Assembly (NCBI GenBank): GCA_963706395.1
Contig: OY970158.1
Coordinates: forward strand, 394,421-458,420
Length of the DNA: 64,000 nt
Origin: an uncultured Solirubrobacterales bacterium
GTDB lineage: Bacteria; Actinomycetota; Thermoleophilia; Solirubrobacterales; Solirubrobacteraceae
Direction: 5' to 3'
The position numbers and the translations under genes were made by a program. The notes beneath the pieces are model-generated. The model was not told the origin of the DNA, made no database searches, and saw only the letters and a program-made list of their open reading frames with translations. Positions 8,814 to 18,823 of this stretch are shown here, one piece after another (position 1 is the first letter of the stretch; each line of letters opens with the position of its first letter).

Positions 8814-9776
8814 GTGACTGTCGTCGCCGATAGCACCCTGAGCGCCGAGTATCTGACGCTCACCGAGGGCTGTGGCCTACTGGATTGCTCGGAGCGCGGC
8901 AAGCTTGCCCTGACCGGCCCGGAGGCGAAGGCCTTTCTCGCCGGCCAGGTGACCAACGACATCGAGGGGCTTTCCCTTGGGAGCGGCTGTTACGCGGCAT
9001 TCCTCACTCCCAAGGGAAAGATGCTCGGCGACCTGCGCGTCCTCGATCTCGGCGACGAACTGCTCCTCGATACCGAGCGCGTGACGCTCCAGGCCCTGTT
9101 CGACATGATCCGCCGCTTCAAGATCGGCTACGACGTCGGACTGCACAAGCGCACCGCCGAGCGCGGCCTGCTGTCGCTGATCGGTCCAGACGCGGTAGGA
9201 GTCGCGGACGCCGAGGGGCTGGCGGACGTCGAGCATTCCAGCGCGTTCACCGCGATCGAGGGCATCGCGGTGCTGGCGGTTCGCACCTACGTGGGGACCG
9301 ACATGATCTGTCAGGAGAGCGACACTGAGCGGCTCACGAGCGCATTGCTCGCCCGCGGCGCACAGACGGTGTCAGAGCAGACGGCGGAGATCCTCCGCGT
9401 CGAGCGCGGCCGGCCCCGCTACGGAATCGACCTCGACGACACTGTCATCCCCCAGGAGGCGGGCCTCAATGAGCGCGCCGTCAGCTTCACCAAGGGCTGC
9501 TACGTCGGCCAGGAGACGGTGGCACGCCTGTATTACAGGGGCAAGCCCAACCGCCACCTGCGCGGCCTGCGTTTGTCCGAGCCGGCCGCAACAGGCGATG
9601 AGTTGCGCCTCGGCGAGAAGCAGGTGGGGCGCCTGGGCAGCACCGTAATCTCCCCCAGGCTCGGTCCGATCGCGCTCGCACTCGTGCGCCGCGAGGCCGA
9701 ACCTGGCGCCACCCTCTCCGTCGGCGAGCACGGCGATAGCGCCGCCATAAGTGAGTTGCCGTTCGTGCCCATATAG
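8814..9776 (+). CDS. ygfZ: YgfZ/GcvT-like folate-binding protein
   Basis: KGCYVGQE signature; GQVTND; FLTPKGKM. Confidence 0.9.
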   Translation: MTVVADSTLSAEYLTLTEGCGLLDCSERGKLALTGPEAKAFLAGQVTNDIEGLSLGSGCYAAFLTPKGKMLGDLRVLDLGDELLLDTERVTLQALFDMIRRFKIGYDVGLHKRTAERGLLSLIGPDAVGVADAEGLADVEHSSAFTAIEGIAVLAVRTYVGTDMICQESDTERLTSALLARGAQTVSEQTAEILRVERGRPRYGIDLDDTVIPQEAGLNERAVSFTKGCYVGQETVARLYYRGKPNRHLRGLRLSEPAATGDELRLGEKQVGRLGSTVISPRLGPIALALVRREAEPGATLSVGEHGDSAAISELPFVPI

Positions 9777-9834
9777 GATTGCTGGCCGTTCCCGTGGTGG
9801 GCGGGTAAATCAATCACCGAGAGGTTCTGAGCAC

Positions 9835-11091
9835 GTGGCCATCGATCTCCAGCAAGTCTCATCCGTAGACGTCGAGCCGGGCGAGCTGCCCAAGACGATG
9901 GCCGCCTGGGTCATCCGCGAGGAGCGCTTCGGTGAACCCAAGGATGCCTTCCAGCTCGAGGAGATCGAGGTCCCAGAGCCCGGGGCGTTCGAGGTGATCG
10001 TGCGCGTGATGGCGGCGGGGGTGAACTACAACAACGTGTGGGCCGCGCTCGGCAAGCCGGTATCGGTGATGAAGTACGGCGACCACCCCGAGTTCGGCCA
10101 TCACATCGGCGGCTCTGACGCCTCCGGCGTCGTCTGGAAGGTCGGCGCGGGGGTGACGCGCTGGAAGCCCGGCGATGAGGTCGTCGTGCATTGCAACCAG
10201 GCCTCCTATGAGGACCCCGAGGTGCACGGCCTCGATCCGATGGCGGCGCCGTCGCAGAAGATCTGGGGCTACGAGACGACCTGGGGATCGTTTGCCCAGT
10301 TCACCAAGATTCAGGCCCAGCAGCTGCTTCCCAAGCCTCAGGCGCTGAGTTGGGAGGAGGCGGCCTCCTACGGCCTGGTGTACTTCACCGCCTACCGCAT
10401 GCTGATCACGCGCTGCAAGCTGCAACCCGGCGCGAACGTGCTGATCTGGGGTGCCGCGGGCGGCCTCGGTGTGTTCGCCACGCAGATCTGCGCCCTCGCC
10501 GGCGCGCACTGCGTCGGCGTCGTGTCCTCGGCCGAGAAGGGCGAGCTCGTCAAGCGCCTGGGCGCGGTCGACTACATCGACCGCGGCGAGTTCGCCGGGA
10601 TGATGCGCAAGGGCGGCGAGAGTCCCGAGGAGGAGAAGGCGCGCTTCAAGGTTTCGCTCGGCTTCGCCAAGAGGGTCAAGGAGATTCTCGGCGACGCGCC
10701 CGACATCGTCTTCGAGCACGTCGGCAAAGCCACGTTCCCGACCTCAGTGTTCACGGCCAAGACGTTCGGCAAAATCGTGATCTGCGCGGGCACGACGGGG
10801 ATCGACCTCGACTTCAACGTCGCCTACCTGTGGATGCGCCAGAAGGAGATCCTCGGCTCGCACTTCGCCAACGCGTATGAGTGCACGAAGGCCAATGAGC
10901 TGATCGAGTCCGGTCAGATCCGTCCCGTGCTGTGGCGCACGCTCGGCTTCGAGGGCGTCGCCGTTGCGCACCAGCTGATGCTCGAAAACAAGCACCTCGG
11001 CAAGATCTCGATCCTCGTCGGCGCCGAGAGCGAGGGCCAGGGCAAGACAGCCGAAGGCCCTGGCGCGATCCACGCAGAGGTCGGCGCGTAA
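9835..11091 (+). CDS. ccr: Crotonyl-CoA carboxylase/reductase
   Basis: MAAGVNYNNVW, GSDASG, HCNQ, WGYET and GSHFAN carry the CO2-binding Asn, aromatic, Glu and His positions. Confidence 0.93.
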   Translation: MAIDLQQVSSVDVEPGELPKTMAAWVIREERFGEPKDAFQLEEIEVPEPGAFEVIVRVMAAGVNYNNVWAALGKPVSVMKYGDHPEFGHHIGGSDASGVVWKVGAGVTRWKPGDEVVVHCNQASYEDPEVHGLDPMAAPSQKIWGYETTWGSFAQFTKIQAQQLLPKPQALSWEEAASYGLVYFTAYRMLITRCKLQPGANVLIWGAAGGLGVFATQICALAGAHCVGVVSSAEKGELVKRLGAVDYIDRGEFAGMMRKGGESPEEEKARFKVSLGFAKRVKEILGDAPDIVFEHVGKATFPTSVFTAKTFGKIVICAGTTGIDLDFNVAYLWMRQKEILGSHFANAYECTKANELIESGQIRPVLWRTLGFEGVAVAHQLMLENKHLGKISILVGAESEGQGKTAEGPGAIHAEVGA

Positions 11092-11489
11092 TGGGATCCC
11101 ACCCACCCGACCCCCATCCACCTGGCACGGTGATCGTCCCCTGGTACGCCACGGGCTTTCGCGCCGACGCATTCCAGCAGGACCTGGACGTTCTCGCCGC
11201 CACTGCCCTGCGCTACAACGCGAGCTCCTACGCGGTCTACCGCGCGCGCGATGACCGCTACAAGTTCCAGCAGCTCGCGAGCTTCGAGGAGAAACTCGAC
11301 TGGGAGCGCTACTGGGAGGGTCCTGAGATGACTGATTTCCGGGTGCTCCACTCCAGCTGGTACCAGGTCCCGGTGCTCTATGGCTGGTGGGAGCGCACCG
11401 CCGGTGGCGCCATCGCCCCCGAGCCAGAGCTCGCTGGCAACGGCCACGGCAACGGCGCTCCTCACCCAATCGAAGGCGAGAGCATCTAG
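11091..11489 (+). CDS. Hypothetical protein, possible ABM/ferredoxin-like fold, translationally coupled to ccr
   Basis: TAATG overlap with ccr; aromatic-rich 132-aa ORF. Confidence 0.65.
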   Translation: MGSHPPDPHPPGTVIVPWYATGFRADAFQQDLDVLAATALRYNASSYAVYRARDDRYKFQQLASFEEKLDWERYWEGPEMTDFRVLHSSWYQVPVLYGWWERTAGGAIAPEPELAGNGHGNGAPHPIEGESI

Positions 11490-11604
11490 CGCGAACGGCG
11501 CCCTGAGACGGCCGTGGACCAAGCGGCGCTAGGACGCAGTGAGCGAAGTGTGCTCTGCACATGAGCGATCGAGGACAACGCGACGCGCCGAGTCCACGGC
11601 CGTC

Positions 11605-11895
11605 TCATCCCTGCTCCAGGGGGGCCATTGTCAGACCGGCGCCCTTGAGCTGCTCCCAATAGTGCTCGGCCGTCTCCTGCTGGCCGCTGTACACGATCGC
11701 CTGGCCGGAGCTGTGGATCAGGTTGGCGAGCTCATGCCCACGCTCCAGCGTAGTCGCGGGGATATACCGCGCGAGCGTGCGGGCGACGTGGTCGAAGGTG
11801 TTGTGGTCGTCGTTGCGCACGATCACCCTCCACGAGTCGCCCAAGCCGCTGCCCGGCGATCCTATTCGTGGCAGCTCGGTCGTTTGGCCCGTCAT
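11605..11895 (-). CDS. clpS: ATP-dependent Clp protease adaptor ClpS
   Basis: WRVIVRNDDHNTFDHV...IHSSGQAIV...AEHY. Confidence 0.9.
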   Translation of the reverse strand: MTGQTTELPRIGSPGSGLGDSWRVIVRNDDHNTFDHVARTLARYIPATTLERGHELANLIHSSGQAIVYSGQQETAEHYWEQLKGAGLTMAPLEQG

Positions 11896-11933
11896 CCTGC
11901 GCCAGGATAATGCTCCGCCGTACAATTGTCAGT

Positions 11934-13973
11934 ATGAGCGGCGAACGAGCCCCACGGCTAGCGCAGCCTGACCGGCCCTGGATGATGCGCACATATGCCG
12001 GGCACTCGACGGCAAAGGCGTCCAACGAGCTATACCGGGGCAACCTCGCGAAGGGGCAGACGGGACTGTCGGTCGCTTTCGACCTACCGACCCAGACCGG
12101 ATATGACCCCGACGACGAGCTCTCTCGCGGAGAGGTGGGCAAGGTGGGGGTTCCGGTGGCCCACCGAGGCGACATGGCCACCCTGATGGACGGCATCCCG
12201 CTGTCGGAGATGAACACTTCGATGACGATCAACGCCACCGCCGCGTGGCTGCTGGCGCTGTACATCGTGGCCGCCGAAAACCAGGACCCGCCCACCGATC
12301 AATCACAGCTGCAGGGCACCACCCAGAACGACATCATCAAGGAGTTCTTGGCGCGGGGTACCTACGCCTTCCCGCCCGCGCCCTCGATGCGCCTGATCGC
12401 CGACATGATCGCCTACACGGTCGAGCACGTCCCCAAGTGGAACCCGATCAACATCTGCTCCTATCACCTGCAGGAGGCCGGAGCCACACCGGTGCAGGAG
12501 ATCGCCTACGCGATGAGCAACGCGATCGCCGTGCTCGACGCGGTACGCGAGCGCGTTCAGGCCGCCCACGCCGGCGACGAGACGGCCGCGCAGAAGCTGA
12601 TGGAACAGGTCTTCGGGCGTATCTCCTTCTTCGTAAACGCCGGCGTGCGCTTCGTCGAGGAGCACGCCAAGCTGCGCGCGATGGGCGTGCTGTGGGAGGA
12701 GCTTGGCCGCGAGCGCTACGGAGTGCAGAGCGAGCGCCACCTGCGCTTCCGCTACGGCGTGCAGGTCAACTCGCTGGGCCTCACCGAGGCCCAGCCGGAG
12801 AACAACGTCCAGCGGATCGTGCTCGAGACACTCGCCGTCACCCTGGGACGCGACGCGCGCGCACGGGCAATCCAGCTTCCGGCTTGGAACGAGGCACTGG
12901 GTCTGCCCCGCCCTTGGGACCAGCAGTGGTCGCTGCGCATCCAACAGGTGCTCGCCTATGAGACAGACATCCTGGAGTACCCCGACATTTTCGAGGGTTC
13001 CAAGGTCATGGATGGCCTGGTTTCCGAGCTGCTGGAAGGCGCACGCGCGGAGATGGCCGTGGTCGCCGAGCATGGCGGCGCGGTGCAGGCGGTCCCCTAC
13101 ATGAAGGGCGCGCTGGTGGACTCCCATCGCCAGCGCATCCACCGCATCGAGTCCGGGGAGCAGGTCGTGGTCGGCCAGAACCGCTTTGCCGAGACGGCTG
13201 TCTCGCCGCTGACAGCCGACGCCGAGGGCGGCATCCTCGTCGTCGATCCCGCAGTGGAGAGCGAACAGATCGACGCTGTGCGCCATTGGCGCGCCGAGCG
13301 CGACCAGGCGGCCGTCGACAGCGCCCTGTCAGAGCTCGCCAGGGTCGCCAGCGATGACAGCGGCCAAGGGAATCTGATGATCCCGACAATCGCCGCCGCC
13401 CGGGCAGGCGCCACGACGGGCGAGTGGGCCCACACTCTGCGCGAGGTGTTCGGCTCCTACCGTGCCCCCACGGGCGTGGGGGAGGCGATCGCGATCGGCG
13501 ACTCAACCCTCGACGAGTTGCGCGATGAGGTCGAACGCGTCTCGGCGACGCTCGGGCGCCGGCTGAAGATACTCGTCGGCAAGCCCGGCCTCGACGGCCA
13601 CTCCAACGGCGCCGAGCAGATCGCCGTCGCCGCGCGCGACGCGGGCATGGAGGTCGTATATGAGGGCATCCGCCTGACACCGTCGCAGATTGCCGCCTCA
13701 GCCCTGCAGGAGGGCGTACACGTGGTCGGCCTGTCGATCCTCTCTGGCTCACACCGTGAGCTGATCCCGTCGGTCCTCGCTGCGCTGCGGGAGGCCGGCA
13801 TCGGCGACGTGCCGGTGATCGTCGGCGGCATCATCCCGGCGGCCGACGTCGCGCCGCTGCGTGAGGCGGGCGTCGCCGCCGTGTACACGCCGAAGGACTT
13901 CGACATCACGCGCATCATGCGTGACATCGTCGCGCTCGTGGCCGAGCGCAGCGGAGTCGCGGCGTCCGCGTAG
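11934..13973 (+). CDS. ecm: Ethylmalonyl-CoA mutase (protein MeaA), B12-dependent
   Basis: PWMMRTYAGHS..ASNELYR.NLAKGQTGLSVAFDLPTQTGYD; B12-binding GLDGHSNG in the C-terminal domain; near ccr. Confidence 0.92.
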   Translation: MSGERAPRLAQPDRPWMMRTYAGHSTAKASNELYRGNLAKGQTGLSVAFDLPTQTGYDPDDELSRGEVGKVGVPVAHRGDMATLMDGIPLSEMNTSMTINATAAWLLALYIVAAENQDPPTDQSQLQGTTQNDIIKEFLARGTYAFPPAPSMRLIADMIAYTVEHVPKWNPINICSYHLQEAGATPVQEIAYAMSNAIAVLDAVRERVQAAHAGDETAAQKLMEQVFGRISFFVNAGVRFVEEHAKLRAMGVLWEELGRERYGVQSERHLRFRYGVQVNSLGLTEAQPENNVQRIVLETLAVTLGRDARARAIQLPAWNEALGLPRPWDQQWSLRIQQVLAYETDILEYPDIFEGSKVMDGLVSELLEGARAEMAVVAEHGGAVQAVPYMKGALVDSHRQRIHRIESGEQVVVGQNRFAETAVSPLTADAEGGILVVDPAVESEQIDAVRHWRAERDQAAVDSALSELARVASDDSGQGNLMIPTIAAARAGATTGEWAHTLREVFGSYRAPTGVGEAIAIGDSTLDELRDEVERVSATLGRRLKILVGKPGLDGHSNGAEQIAVAARDAGMEVVYEGIRLTPSQIAASALQEGVHVVGLSILSGSHRELIPSVLAALREAGIGDVPVIVGGIIPAADVAPLREAGVAAVYTPKDFDITRIMRDIVALVAERSGVAASA

Positions 13974-13976
13974 CTC

Positions 13977-14942
13977 GTGAACGAAGGCCTGGATCTCGGC
14001 CGGCGCCTGCGCGAACGTGACCTGAGCGCAGCGCCGGCCACGCTCAACCTGCTGGAGAGCACCACCCCCGGCAACCGCGAGCACGCGGCGGCACTGCTGG
14101 GCGAGCTCTCCCCCGTGGCGCTCGGCGGCGAGGCGCCCGGCCACGTAATCGGCGTCACCGGGCCGCCGGGAGCCGGGAAGTCGACGCTGCTCTCCGCGCT
14201 GCTTGGCGCATGGCGCGGGCAGGGCAAGACGGTGGCGGTTCTGGCGGTCGATCCCTCTTCGCGCCGCTCGGGCGGCTCGCTGCTCGGCGACCGCGCGCGC
14301 ATCGAGTTCGATCCGGCCGACCGCGCCGTCTTCATCCGCTCGACCGCCGCCGGCGAGCGGCTTGGTGGCCTGGCGTGGGGCACCCGCGCGGCGGCCCAGG
14401 CACTGGCCGCGGCGTTTGACATCGTGGTGATCGAGACCGTCGGAGTCGGCCAGGCTGAGACCGATATCGCGGACGTGGCAGACACCGTCGCCGTCGTCGT
14501 CCAGCCCGGCTCAGGCGACGTGTTGCAGTTCTTCAAGGCAGGGATCATGGAGATTCCCGACGTGCTCGTCGTCACCAAGGCCGACCTCGGCCTCCTCGCG
14601 GCGCGTACCATGGGCGAGGTGTCTGCGGCCCTGCGCTCGCTGGGCTCGGGTGCCACCAGCGTGGTGGCGGTGTCCTCGTTGCCTCCGGCGCAGGGAATCG
14701 AGGAGCTCCTCGCCGCGCTGGCTGAGCACCGCACCGGTCTCGAGCTCAAAGACAGGCGCCTGCGCGCGCGCCGGGCGAGCGCGCTGGCCGACTTCACCGC
14801 CGAGTACGGCGAGCGGGGACTGCGCGAGGTGGGAGGCCGCCGGGCGGCCGAGACCCTGCTGGCCGGGCAGGACCCCGGCCTGGACGTACCCACGCTCGTG
14901 GCGGCCCTGGAGCGAAGCATCGGAGCTGACGATGGCGCGTGA
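13977..14942 (+). CDS. meaB: Mutase-associated GTPase MeaB
   Basis: GVTGPPGAGKST, AVDPSS..SGGSLLGDR.R, IETVGVGQ, VTKAD. Confidence 0.92.
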   Translation: MNEGLDLGRRLRERDLSAAPATLNLLESTTPGNREHAAALLGELSPVALGGEAPGHVIGVTGPPGAGKSTLLSALLGAWRGQGKTVAVLAVDPSSRRSGGSLLGDRARIEFDPADRAVFIRSTAAGERLGGLAWGTRAAAQALAAAFDIVVIETVGVGQAETDIADVADTVAVVVQPGSGDVLQFFKAGIMEIPDVLVVTKADLGLLAARTMGEVSAALRSLGSGATSVVAVSSLPPAQGIEELLAALAEHRTGLELKDRRLRARRASALADFTAEYGERGLREVGGRRAAETLLAGQDPGLDVPTLVAALERSIGADDGA

Positions 14943-15081
14943 TCTATTGATGATCGTCGCGGCGTTCGTGCTGGCAAGCGCGCTCGCCGGCGCGCTCGGC
15001 GCCGCTGACCTCGGCACCGCGCTCGCGTTCGGGCAGATGGCGCTCGCGGCTACAACGGTCTATGTGCTCCTGCGGCGCTGA
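14932..15081 (+). CDS. Small two-helix membrane protein, 49 aa
   Basis: MARDLLMIVAAFVLASALAG...VYVLLRR; overlaps the meaB end. Confidence 0.5.
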   Translation: MARDLLMIVAAFVLASALAGALGAADLGTALAFGQMALAATTVYVLLRR

Positions 15082-15153
15082 GGGCGGGAACGTCTGGCAT
15101 CCGCCCGGCGTCATAGAGCGTTAAGGAAGCTGTACTAGCCTCCGCTCGCTGCC

Positions 15154-16947
15154 ATGCTGGTTCTGATCCTCTTTGCCATCCTCGCCGGAGCGGGGACCGC
15201 CCTGTCGCCGTGCGTTCTGCCGGTGCTGCCCGCGCTGCTGTCGGCAGGCGGCGTCGGAGGCCGGCGGCGTCCTCTCGGGGTGGTGCTCGGGCTGACGGTC
15301 ACCTTCACCGTCACGATCGTCGGGATCGCCAAGGTCGTGGGTGGCGTGGGCCTCGGCTCAGATCCGCTGCGCGACTTCGCGGTCGCGGTGCTGCTGGTTA
15401 TGGGACTGACGCTGATCGTGCCAGGTTTCGCGGATCGCTTGGAGGCGCGCCTCTCGCGCGTGGCCGCCGTCGGAGTGGGCGGGATGCGAATCAACACCGG
15501 CGACGGGTTCGCCTCCGGCCTCTTCGTGGGCGGTGCGCTCGGGTTCGTCTATACCCCATGCGCCTGCCCGATCCTTGCGGCCGTGATCTCGGTGAGCGCA
15601 GCCAGCGGGCGCACCGTGGCAGTGGCGATCGCCTACGCGCTAGGCTCCGCGGTCGTGCTGCTCGGGCTGACCCTCGGCGGCAGGGCACTGTTTGACCGCG
15701 TGCGCCAAGCCGGCCGTGGGCCGCTCCTGCAGCGCACGCTCGGCGCGATCATGCTGCTGACGGCGATCGCGATCATCTCAAGCCTCGACGTCAAGTTCGA
15801 CCAGCTGGTGGCGGAACGCATCCCCGACGTCAACCTCACCGCCAGCATCGAGAAATCCCACGCCGTGCAGAGTCGCCTGCCGGAGATCAGCGGGCATAGC
15901 GCCAAGTTCCAGCCGAGCACCGCGGCCCCCTCGGCGCCGCGCAGCGCCAGCCAAGCCAGCCTGCTCACGATCGCCCACGGGCTGCCCAACGTCGGCACGG
16001 CGCCGGACTTCACCGCCACCCAGGAGTGGTTCAACACGGGTGTGGGCGGGCATTCGCATCAGCCCCTCACGCTCGCCTCCTTGCGCGGGAGGGTCGTGCT
16101 CGTCGACTTCTGGACATACACCTGCATCAACTGCATCCGCACGCTTCCCTACCTGAAGGCGTGGGACGCGACCTACCGCGGCCAGGGCCTTGAGATCGTC
16201 GGCGTCGAGACACCGGAGTTCGCCTTCGAGCGCGACGCCTCCAACGTGGCCAGCGCGATCGGGCAGTTCGGGATCCGCTACCCGGTCGTCCAGGACAACG
16301 AAATGGGCACCTGGAACGCCTACGGCAACCAGTACTGGCCAGCGGACTATCTGATCGATGCGCGTGGTCAGGTCCGCTACGCAGCCTTCGGCGAGGGCGA
16401 CTACGCGAAGACCGAAACCGCGATCCGCGCGCTGCTAGCCGAAACCGGTCACAACGTCGCCGGCCACAGCCACCCGACCGATGTGATCGTGCCAAGTCAA
16501 GAAGCAACGCCGGAGACCTATCTGGGCACGGCCCGCGCGCAGGGCTGGGTCAATGGGCCGATCGCAGGGCGGCACGACTACGGTGCCGGCCAGGTGGGTG
16601 GACATCCAATCCCCCTCGCCATCAACAACTTCGCCTTCAGCGGCACCTGGAACACCGCCGCCCAGCCCGTCACCGCCGTCTCGGATGCGGGCATCGATGT
16701 GGAGTTCGAGGCCAAGAACGTGTACCTCGTGCTGAGCTCGGCCGGGGTACGCCCACGGCCCGTGCAGGTGCTGCTCGACGGCCGCCCCATCTCCGCGGCC
16801 AATGCTGGCGCCGATGTGCTGGGCGGCGTGGTCACCGTCAAGGACCAGCGCCTCTACACGCTCGTCTCCCTCCCACACGCTGAACGCCACCGTCTCACCC
16901 TGCGCTTTGCGCCCGGCGTCACGGGCTACGCATTCACGTTCGGGTAG
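15154..16947 (+). CDS. dipZ: DipZ-like protein (CcdA/DsbD membrane domain + thioredoxin + C-terminal domain)
   Basis: LSPCVLPVLP, YTPCACP, DFWTYTCINC, NQYWPA. Confidence 0.88.
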   Translation: MLVLILFAILAGAGTALSPCVLPVLPALLSAGGVGGRRRPLGVVLGLTVTFTVTIVGIAKVVGGVGLGSDPLRDFAVAVLLVMGLTLIVPGFADRLEARLSRVAAVGVGGMRINTGDGFASGLFVGGALGFVYTPCACPILAAVISVSAASGRTVAVAIAYALGSAVVLLGLTLGGRALFDRVRQAGRGPLLQRTLGAIMLLTAIAIISSLDVKFDQLVAERIPDVNLTASIEKSHAVQSRLPEISGHSAKFQPSTAAPSAPRSASQASLLTIAHGLPNVGTAPDFTATQEWFNTGVGGHSHQPLTLASLRGRVVLVDFWTYTCINCIRTLPYLKAWDATYRGQGLEIVGVETPEFAFERDASNVASAIGQFGIRYPVVQDNEMGTWNAYGNQYWPADYLIDARGQVRYAAFGEGDYAKTETAIRALLAETGHNVAGHSHPTDVIVPSQEATPETYLGTARAQGWVNGPIAGRHDYGAGQVGGHPIPLAINNFAFSGTWNTAAQPVTAVSDAGIDVEFEAKNVYLVLSSAGVRPRPVQVLLDGRPISAANAGADVLGGVVTVKDQRLYTLVSLPHAERHRLTLRFAPGVTGYAFTFG

Positions 16948-17021
16948 TCACACGCGCGCGCAGATGCTCTAGGATTGCGCGCTCGAAACGACGTTGCCAC
17001 GATCCACGGGGGGTCTCATCG

Positions 17022-18734
17022 ATGCAAGCGCAGAGAATTGGGCTCAGTGCAAGCCTTCCACGGCGGTTCTACGCTCTGCTCGGAGCGATGGCGGCTCTCC
17101 TGGCGGTCAGCTTCGGGCCCACGGTGGCGCCAGCCGCCGCGGAAACTCCGGCGCATACCGATGTGATGCTGGTGTTCGACACCAGCGGATCGATGGAAGG
17201 CCAGCTGGAAGAAGCGAAGCAAGAAATCCAGGAAGTGATCGCGCACGTCAACGCAACGCTCCCTGACGTGGAGTACGGCGTCGCGGAGGTCAAAGACTTC
17301 GCGAACGCATATGGGAACGGACCGGAAGAAACCCCTTGGAAACTGGACCAGGCGCTTACCTCAAACGCCGCGGCTGTCTCCAGCGCGATTACCCCACTGA
17401 AAGCATCCGGAGGCGGTGATGCGCCAGAAGCCTACGGACGTGCGCTGTACGAGACCGACACCAACTCGGGCATCGGCTGGCGAGCCGGTGCCCGCCACAT
17501 CATCATCCTGGTCGCCGACAACGTACCCCACGACAACAACCTGAACGAAGGGATCCCGGAAAGCGAGTGGGCCAAGAACGAGGAAACCGGGATGATCGAA
17601 AACCCCTTCAACACCCACGAAGAACTTCCCGGAACCCAGAACATCCCGGGTAGCGTCTGGGGGCCGGGCGTGAGCACCGATTTCCAGACCACGCTGGCGG
17701 AGCTCAACAGTGACGGCAAGCCTCTGGGGATGGTCGACTTCAGAGGTGGGAAAGGGGAATCTGAATCCGGCTACCTGCCCTACTGGGAATACTGGGCCTG
17801 CCTCTCCGGCGGACAGGCTCTCGCCGGCGGGAGCAAAGAACTCGCAAGCAAGGTCACGACTCTGATCGAGACACGCGCGACCGCGGCTCTGCCACCATGT
17901 CCGGCCGGGCAGGTGCGCAACGCAAGCGGCGTGTGCGTCCCGCGACACCCCAGCGTCACCCAGGTGATCTGCAACCTAATCATCGCCACCGCATCGGACA
18001 CGTGTACGGCGACGATCGCCGACGGGGCGACGACGGAAGCGAGCAACCCAACCGGGACGGTCGCGTTCACGAGCGCAAGCGGCGGCGTCTTCAGCGCCGG
18101 TAACACGTGCGCGCTCGTGCCCACGCCGCTGTCGAGCAACGTGTCGAGCTGCTCGGTCCAGTTCCTGCCGCCGAGCGCTCCCAGCACGTTGCCGGCGATC
18201 ACCGCGGCATACTCTGGCGACAGCCTGCGCGCGCCCAGCAGCGGCCAGACCCATTACGGTGCAGCGGGCGAATTGATCAGCGATGTAACGCTATCCACGA
18301 CCGGCACTATCAATCCGGACGGAACGGTGACAGTGCCGGTCTCGTGCGGCTTCCCGTGCGAAGTCTCGGGCGGGCTCGACACCCTCCCGGGTCTGGCCTC
18401 GCTCGCATCGGTCTCGCCGTTCAGCATCCAACCGGCTGTGCTCACCGCGACTACGGCCAAGCACAGCAAGAAAAAGAAAAAGGCCAAAGCCGTTCAGCTC
18501 GGTACGGGCAAGCTCAAGCTGAGTACACCCGGCAAGGGCAAGCTGGTGATCAAGCTCTCATCCAAGGGCAAGCGCGCGCTGAGTCATGTCGGGAGCAAGG
18601 GCGTGCATCTGACCGTCAAGGTCACGATCAGCACGCTCAACGGCACGTTAGTCGCCGTCAAGTCGGGGCACGTCACGCTGCGGCCGAAGAAGAAGAGCAA
18701 GGCACACGCCAAAGGCAAGAAGCACAAGAAGTAA
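17022..18734 (+). CDS. Secreted VWA-domain protein with Ig-like region and Lys-rich C-terminal domain
   Basis: Signal peptide; MIDAS motif DVMLVFDTSGS; GGGDAPE; basic tail. Confidence 0.8.
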   Translation: MQAQRIGLSASLPRRFYALLGAMAALLAVSFGPTVAPAAAETPAHTDVMLVFDTSGSMEGQLEEAKQEIQEVIAHVNATLPDVEYGVAEVKDFANAYGNGPEETPWKLDQALTSNAAAVSSAITPLKASGGGDAPEAYGRALYETDTNSGIGWRAGARHIIILVADNVPHDNNLNEGIPESEWAKNEETGMIENPFNTHEELPGTQNIPGSVWGPGVSTDFQTTLAELNSDGKPLGMVDFRGGKGESESGYLPYWEYWACLSGGQALAGGSKELASKVTTLIETRATAALPPCPAGQVRNASGVCVPRHPSVTQVICNLIIATASDTCTATIADGATTEASNPTGTVAFTSASGGVFSAGNTCALVPTPLSSNVSSCSVQFLPPSAPSTLPAITAAYSGDSLRAPSSGQTHYGAAGELISDVTLSTTGTINPDGTVTVPVSCGFPCEVSGGLDTLPGLASLASVSPFSIQPAVLTATTAKHSKKKKKAKAVQLGTGKLKLSTPGKGKLVIKLSSKGKRALSHVGSKGVHLTVKVTISTLNGTLVAVKSGHVTLRPKKKSKAHAKGKKHKK

Positions 18735-18763
18735 CGGGCCTATAGACCAGATCCAGCGATCAT

Positions 18764-18789
18764 GACGGGGCGCCTACGGGCGCCCCGTC
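18764..18789 (+). terminator. GC-rich hairpin with c(UACG)g tetraloop after the VWA gene
   Basis: gacggggcgcc-tacg-ggcgccccgtc, perfect 11-bp stem; no long U tract. Confidence 0.6.
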
Positions 18790-18823
18790 CTCGTTCCATA
18801 CAATGGATCTCATGGAGGGTTCG

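Noticed and set aside
11896-11933. Cobalamin riboswitch upstream of B12-dependent ecm
   Set aside because: The gap to the divergent clpS is too short and no consensus is visible.
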